A stretch of DNA of 32,000 nt from assembly GCF_018336915.1 (NCBI RefSeq), contig NZ_CP064925.1, positions 240,001-272,000 on the forward strand, written 5' to 3'. Origin of the DNA: Acaryochloris marina S15. Its GTDB lineage: Bacteria > Cyanobacteriota > Cyanobacteriia > Thermosynechococcales > Thermosynechococcaceae. Of this stretch, positions 27,071-32,000 are shown in pieces (the first letter of the stretch is position 1; each line of letters starts with the position of its first letter). Both the position numbers and the translations under genes were made by a program. The notes under the pieces are model-generated. The model saw nothing but the letters and a program-made list of their open reading frames with translations, made no database searches and had not been told where the DNA came from.

Positions 27071-27402
27071 GGTGTGTAAGTCTTTTCAATCTCGCGGCTT
27101 TCCAAGGTGGGATTGTCGCGCGAGAGCTTCATCACCCCCACCAACATCAAGGCCTGCACTGAAAAGCCAATCACAATTGCTGTCAAAATCACGGCTTGGG
27201 GAACGGGATCGGCATAGGCTCCCTGATGGGTATCTGTGATGATCGGGGTGAATAACCCTTGACGAGCTGAGATCTTGACGTAATAGGCGATCACGCCTGT
27301 ACTCATCACATCCATGGCAATAATTTTCATCATCAGATTTTCTTTGAGGATGATGCCAAAAAAGCCACAGAGAATCGTCGCAAATATAAACGCTTCTAAC
27401 AT
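27067..27402 (-). CDS. mrpC: Mrp subunit C (NuoK-like)
   Basis: 111 aa with 3 TM segments. LMMKIIAMDVMSTGVIAYYV...DPVPQAVILTAIVIGFSVQALML is typical of MnhC/NuoK. Confidence 0.82.
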   Translation of the reverse strand: MLEAFIFATILCGFFGIILKENLMMKIIAMDVMSTGVIAYYVKISARQGLFTPIITDTHQGAYADPVPQAVILTAIVIGFSVQALMLVGVMKLSRDNPTLESREIEKTYTP

Positions 27403-27505
27403 GGTGATTTAAAAAGGATTAGTAAAAAAGGGGGTCCGAGGATTTATGAGAGAGAGTTGCGATGGCCACAGGCCGGTCGGAGACCATCGCAGCCATCCTC
27501 ATCAA

Positions 27506-28906
27506 TTAGTTGTTCGTTGCCGGAGACTCAATGGCGATGGCACCGCTTTTAAACGCCACCCGTAACAACGGTGGGGCCACAAAGGTCGTCAGAATCACCA
27601 TCGTAATAATCGCAGCTTCCAAGGGCTTATCCAAAACACCACTCGCAGAACCAATGCCAGCAAAGACCAAGCCCACTTCTCCTCGGGGAATCATGCCGAC
27701 GCCAATCGCAAATCGATTAATGCCAGGTTGCCCCACAACGGTCCAGCCAGTGATGAGCTTACCGATCATTGCCACCACAATTAAGAAGGCGGCAATCACG
27801 AGACCTTCTCGATTCTCAGGAATGGCAGGATTCAAAACGCTTAAGTCTGCTTTTGCCCCCACGGTGACAAAGAAAATCGGGACGAAAATATCGGCAATGG
27901 GAATCACCTGTTGATCTAGCTCTTTGCGCTTATCGGTTTCATCTAGCACCAAGCCAGCGGCAAAGGCACCCAAAATCGCTTCTAGATGAATCGCATTGGC
28001 AAGGAAAGCCATGATAAAAGCAAAACTCAGGGCAGGAATCACTAGCTTTCCGCGGGTCTGCAGCTGATCGGCAATGGTCACAAAGGCTTGATTGAAGAAT
28101 CGGCCTAAGAAGATGGAACCCACGAGAAACAGGGTGGCACTACCAATCAAATACAGAACATTAACAACATCCACTTCGCCTGTTTTAGCCAAGCTGGCGA
28201 CCACAGCCAGGACGATAATGCCTAACACATCATCAATAATGGCAGCCCCAACAATGATTTGGCCTTCCTTAGACTTGAGATAACCTAATTCAGACAAGAC
28301 TTTAGAGGTAATCCCAATGCTGGTTGCCGTTAACGCTGCCCCGGCAAAGATCGCTGGAATCGTCGGCATATGAAACAGGAAAATCAATCCGGCTGTCCCG
28401 GCAGTAAAGGGGGCAACAACGCCCACAATCGCCACCAAAACGGCCTGATACCCTACTTCTGTTAACTCTCTAAGATCAGACTCCAAGCCAATCTCAAATA
28501 ATAGAATAATCACCCCCAGCTCAGATAAAATCTCAATGATTTCGCTCTGGCTTTCAAAAATTGAGGTAATCGATTCAGCACTGAGATTGCCACCAATAAA
28601 CTGCAGAATGGGCATCAAGGCCGAATCAGCGGCAACGGTTCCATTTTCAGCAAAGACCAACAGGTGAAGAGCCGAGGCCCCAATGGCCACGCCTCCGACT
28701 AGTTCTCCTAAAACAGGAGGTAGATTTAAAAGCTGAGATAGCTCACCGCCCAGCTTACTGGCCAGATAAATGACCACCAGAGTGAGCAAGACACCTGAGA
28801 GAATCAGGGGAGCTTCATCTGCATTAGCCGTTGCGATTAGCCAGGGCTGAGAGATGCCCCCTTGGAGGAGCGGTGACATTGATAAAGTATCTACGAATGT
28901 GTTCAT
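27506..28906 (-). CDS. CPA2-family Na+(K+)/H+ antiporter, NhaS3/NapA-like (466 aa)
   Basis: LPPVLGELVGGVAIG...LLFEIGLESDL...TATSIGITSKVL...IIDDVLGIIVLAV are classic Na_H_Exchanger (CPA2) signatures. The gene lies 103 nt upstream of mrpC on the same strand. Confidence 0.85.
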   Translation of the reverse strand: MNTFVDTLSMSPLLQGGISQPWLIATANADEAPLILSGVLLTLVVIYLASKLGGELSQLLNLPPVLGELVGGVAIGASALHLLVFAENGTVAADSALMPILQFIGGNLSAESITSIFESQSEIIEILSELGVIILLFEIGLESDLRELTEVGYQAVLVAIVGVVAPFTAGTAGLIFLFHMPTIPAIFAGAALTATSIGITSKVLSELGYLKSKEGQIIVGAAIIDDVLGIIVLAVVASLAKTGEVDVVNVLYLIGSATLFLVGSIFLGRFFNQAFVTIADQLQTRGKLVIPALSFAFIMAFLANAIHLEAILGAFAAGLVLDETDKRKELDQQVIPIADIFVPIFFVTVGAKADLSVLNPAIPENREGLVIAAFLIVVAMIGKLITGWTVVGQPGINRFAIGVGMIPRGEVGLVFAGIGSASGVLDKPLEAAIITMVILTTFVAPPLLRVAFKSGAIAIESPATNN

Positions 28907-29051
28907 ATCTAAAATTCAAGTCAAACAATTACGTCAAAGCAGAAAGACATTCTTCGATTCGCTTAAAAGTTAGTGTCCCGATTTATTCGCCTTACATCAG
29001 AAAAAAATGCCATTCTGAAAGCATTACTAAATAAAGGTTTTAGAAAATCAC

Positions 29052-29159
29052 TTACAGCGGATCGCAGGTTGGTAGGGGACATATTCAATCTTGGAGCATT
29101 TACTGATCAAGCTTTTTAAGAGTTGTGGCTGTCCCCCATCTACATGAAAACCGCTGTAA
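29052..29159 (-). promoter_or_regulatory. Long imperfect hairpin in the sbtB / antiporter intergenic spacer
   Basis: Outer arms TTACAGCGG (29052-29060) and CCGCTGTAA (29151-29159). Inner arms GGGGACA (29075-29081) and TGTCCCC (29130-29136). Read directly. Confidence 0.3.
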
Positions 29160-29246
29160 TTGCCCTCTTAGCAATGGCTAGTAAATCGAGACACTAACTG
29201 AATTCTTATAGATCTAAAATTTTGTGAGAACGAGCGTCGTTTAGAT

Positions 29247-29609
<363 letters not shown>

Positions 29610-29676
29610 CTACATAGAAACTCAGGAAAACGCTAGAGCTGAGTGCTATCACCTTGATCTAGCCTTGGTGTGGGTT

Positions 29677-29713
29677 GCCGGGTCAGGGGAGTACCGACAA
29701 ACCGCGACCCGGC
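29677..29713 (-). promoter_or_regulatory. Intercistronic stem-loop between sbtA and sbtB (8-bp stem GCCGGGTC / GACCCGGC, 21-nt loop)
   Basis: Read directly at 29677-29684 and 29706-29713. Confidence 0.3.
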
Positions 29714-29718
29714 TAGGA

Positions 29719-30807
29719 TCAGCTACCTCCCATCAGGGCTTGGGCAAGCCCGATGTAGAGCGGTATTCCCAAGGCAAGCGCAACTGGCGTGCCGACGGCT
29801 GTGGATGAGCCGATATAGGCGGAGGGATTAGCTGACGGAATGCCAGCTCTTAAGGTAGGCGGCCCTGAGATATCTGAACTTGAGGCAGCGATGACGGCCA
29901 GGATTACGCAGCCACCAGGGCTAAATCCCGTAGTGTAGTGGGCAATCATACCGAAACCAAAGGCGATGAGCCCATGAAGTAGTGGGGCTATTGCAGCATA
30001 GAGGGCGTACCACTGGCCCACCTTGCGTAGCTCACCAATCCTTGCCGTGGCCTCCATACCCATGACCAGCATCAGTATCGAAAGCAGGCCGCGGAAGAGG
30101 GGATTGAAGAAGCTCTCATAGACACTTTCTGGTCGGGTTAGTATACCTAGGGCAAGGCCGAGTAGCAGTGCCGATAGGGCAGAACCCTGAAGACTTTCCT
30201 TGACGATGGGCCATATCTTAACCCGCTTGGTGGTACGCTGCTTGCGGCGATACTCGACTGCGGTACCGCCCTGGTTACCGAGATACTCCTGCTTGCTAAG
30301 AACCTCGTCTGCGGTATCGTACTGCTTGCTGATATAAACGCTAGCCAAGACGATCGCAGTCACGAGAGCTGGGATATCCATGAAGGGATAGAGGGCAGCG
30401 GCCCAGGGTTCATATTGGATGCCTTCCGTTTCCATTAGGGTCAGGGCAGCGGCGAGGGTAGAGCCACTCACGGCACCAAACAAGCCCGCGGTCGCGATCG
30501 CATCCACGGTTTTAACATTCGGCATCTTGGCCAAGGTGTAGCGTCCGATGAACACGATTAGAATCCCCACGACCATGGCGAATACTGCAGGCAACAGCAT
30601 CTCCGCCAGATTGGCATTGCGGATCGCAATACCGCCGCTCAGGCCAACTTTTAAGAGCAGCATGAAGACGATGAACTTATAGATCGCATCTGGAATTTGC
30701 AGGCGGCTATTGACGGCGGCAACGACCATACCACCAATCAGAAAGCCGAGGGTTGGAGACTGCAACTTCGCCAGGAAGAGTGTCATGAAATCGGACAAAA
30801 AATCCAC
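29719..30807 (-). CDS. sbtA: SbtA, sodium-dependent high-affinity bicarbonate transporter
   Basis: VDFLSDFMTLFLAKLQSPTLGFLIGGMVVAA...FMLLLKVGLSGGIAIRN...GGLFGAVSGST...IAASSSDISGPPTLRAGIPSANPSAYIGSSTAVGTP is nearly collinear with Synechocystis SbtA as I remember it. I prefer the GTG at 30807, preceded by AAGGAGG 8 nt upstream, over the track start at 30864. Confidence 0.92.
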   Translation of the reverse strand: MDFLSDFMTLFLAKLQSPTLGFLIGGMVVAAVNSRLQIPDAIYKFIVFMLLLKVGLSGGIAIRNANLAEMLLPAVFAMVVGILIVFIGRYTLAKMPNVKTVDAIATAGLFGAVSGSTLAAALTLMETEGIQYEPWAAALYPFMDIPALVTAIVLASVYISKQYDTADEVLSKQEYLGNQGGTAVEYRRKQRTTKRVKIWPIVKESLQGSALSALLLGLALGILTRPESVYESFFNPLFRGLLSILMLVMGMEATARIGELRKVGQWYALYAAIAPLLHGLIAFGFGMIAHYTTGFSPGGCVILAVIAASSSDISGPPTLRAGIPSANPSAYIGSSTAVGTPVALALGIPLYIGLAQALMGGS

Positions 30808-30966
30808 GTTGAATTCCTCCTTAATCAGAAAAAATTTGAAGAAAGTAAGAGTGAAGCAATTCACCCTTAAAACACAGGAATTAAGCGAGAACCTGTCAAC
30901 AGAGTGTCCAGAGATGGCCGTTCTCTAGAACAGGGCAGGGAGGCAAGCTGTCCTGAAACATATTGA

Positions 30967-30982
30967 ATAGATAAATATCTAT
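30967..30982. promoter_or_regulatory. ATAG-N8-CTAT dyad (ATAGATAAATATCTAT) ~160 bp upstream of sbtA, a candidate LysR (CcmR/NdhR-type) operator
   Basis: Read directly: 7-bp perfect arms ATAGATA/TATCTAT with a 2-nt spacer. It has the form of the dyad I recall being reported for NdhR/CcmR operators. Confidence 0.4.
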
Positions 30983-31408
30983 CAATAGATCTTCTTGTAT
31001 GTACTAAAGTCTATCTTAAAATGTGTCCTAATTTGCACTGGACAACACAAAATGGCAATACGATGTCAAATACAAATTATAAATTTTTCTTATATTTAAC
31101 TAATTTCAATATATGTCTAGCTAATGTAAATCGCGATCACAGCTTTTTCTTCGTTGCTGCTTTTCACCAAGGGCTGTAATTGCTTGCACTCTCCCCATTA
31201 CGTTGGATTACACCTTCGATGGCTGTAGAGCTCAGTGCTAGTGCCTGAAACGGCGCATACCTTCTATAGATCTACAGATAAAGATCCGTGATTAGCTAGG
31301 CAGCTTGTGTACCCAAGGTTTTGCAATATTTGCCCATTAAGACAGTAATTTCATTGGGAGTCTGACTAAAGTACAGTAGCCCCTCATCGACCTGCTGAAC
31401 TAAGTCAT

Positions 31409-31653
31409 CCCTAGTGGTCATAAGTTGGTGTAAAGCCTGAAAACTTTTAAGGGCCTTGCTTTTTATTGAGCATTGCCTTGTATTGGTATCTGGATAAGTA
31501 TTATAGGAAGTTAGAAGATTCTGATCCCTTCGTTGTTCTATATGGTCAACCCCATACCGAAAATGAATTGGATGCTTATCTATAGGGGAAAGGAGCCAAT
31601 TTTTAAGGCTTCCCCGCCAAGATAATTCTTACACCGACTTATGACCACTAGGG
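31409..31653. repeat. 17-bp perfect inverted repeat pair (CCCTAGTGGTCATAAGT / ACTTATGACCACTAGGG) bracketing 211 bp
   Basis: Arms at 31409-31425 and 31637-31653, read directly. Each arm contains ATGACCACTAGG reading outward. Confidence 0.6.
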
Positions 31654-31842
31654 GTGAATCTTAAAGCCGGAGATTACGTCACTGCAGGCCAACTCATTGG
31701 CTACAGCGGCAATTCAGACTGGAGTTCTGGTCCTCATTTGCATGTTAAATTGCAGAAGCCTAGCCAAAGACAGCATTTTACAAAAACAGTACCCTTTGCT
31801 ATTTCAGGAACTTGTAAAGAAGAACCATTCGCTCAGAAATGA
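31654..31842 (+). pseudogene. C-terminal remnant of an M23-family (LytM-type) metallopeptidase
   Basis: LKAGDYVTAGQLIGYSGNSDWSSGPHLHVKL matches the M23 C-terminal motif (V..G..IG..G.TG.STGPHLHFE). The upstream HxxxD half of the domain is missing: an in-frame TGA lies at 31642 and no M23-like sequence lies upstream. Confidence 0.5.
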
Positions 31843-32000
31843 TAGGGCTGTTGTCAGACTGCATTAAGAAGTTTTTCTTGGCAAATTGATATTATTCGGT
31901 GTGAAATCTTCATCTATTCTCTGAAGACTTCTTCATCTATCTTTAATTTTTTGAAAAATAGGTATCATCACTGAGGTTATAGCACGAATTTAATGAGATC

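Noticed and set aside
30808-30864. 19-codon N-terminal extension of sbtA (MNCFTLTFFKFFLIKEEFN)
   Set aside because: The extension contains the AAGGAGG Shine-Dalgarno sequence itself. Homology to SbtA begins at the GTG at 30807 (VDFLSDF...).

Overview
The window looks cyanobacterial: it carries sbtA/sbtB, a cyanobacterial-type mrp operon, DUF1816 and DUF1830 genes and Rpn/DUF4351 genes. There is one full HIP1 octamer (GCGATCGC) at 30494-30501. No rRNA, tRNA or CRISPR array was seen.

Layout, left to right:
1. 1-6462 (-): a 2154-codon ORF that runs off the left edge, so it is missing from the supplied ORF track. It encodes a giant surface or exoprotein (LamG, DUF4114, alternating cadherin-like VNDAP modules, He_PIG Ig domains). 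An unknown 238-aa gene and a ~750 bp AT-rich leader lie upstream of it.
2. 8034-11612: two different Rpn-family PD-(D/E)XK/DUF4351 genes flank a tyrosine recombinase that has an extra C-terminal region. A 21-bp palindrome and a perfect 21-bp inverted repeat sit in the same block. This is my best candidate for an undescribed module.
3. 11.6-14 kb: small cyanobacteria-specific genes (DUF1816, and DUF1830 with an abutting partner).
4. 14249-15853: a DDE transposase-like gene interrupted only by four in-frame stop codons.
5. A PsiE-like gene and a CbbR/CmpR-type LysR regulator, divergent across ~900 bp of AT-rich DNA.
6. A 120-bp MITE-like element.
7. A family-9 glycosyltransferase gene split by an ISKra4-family IS with a 9-bp target duplication. 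The IS transposase carries an in-frame TGA.
8. 23.5-30.9 kb (-): sbtA-sbtB, a CPA2 Na+/H+ antiporter and mrpCDEFGAB, all co-oriented. This reads as a sodium-cycle/bicarbonate-uptake supercluster, with an ATAG-N8-CTAT dyad upstream of sbtA.
9. Right edge: an M23 peptidase remnant next to a 17-bp inverted repeat pair.

All calls rest on my own reading and translation of the sequence and on remembered family motifs. No database search was possible.
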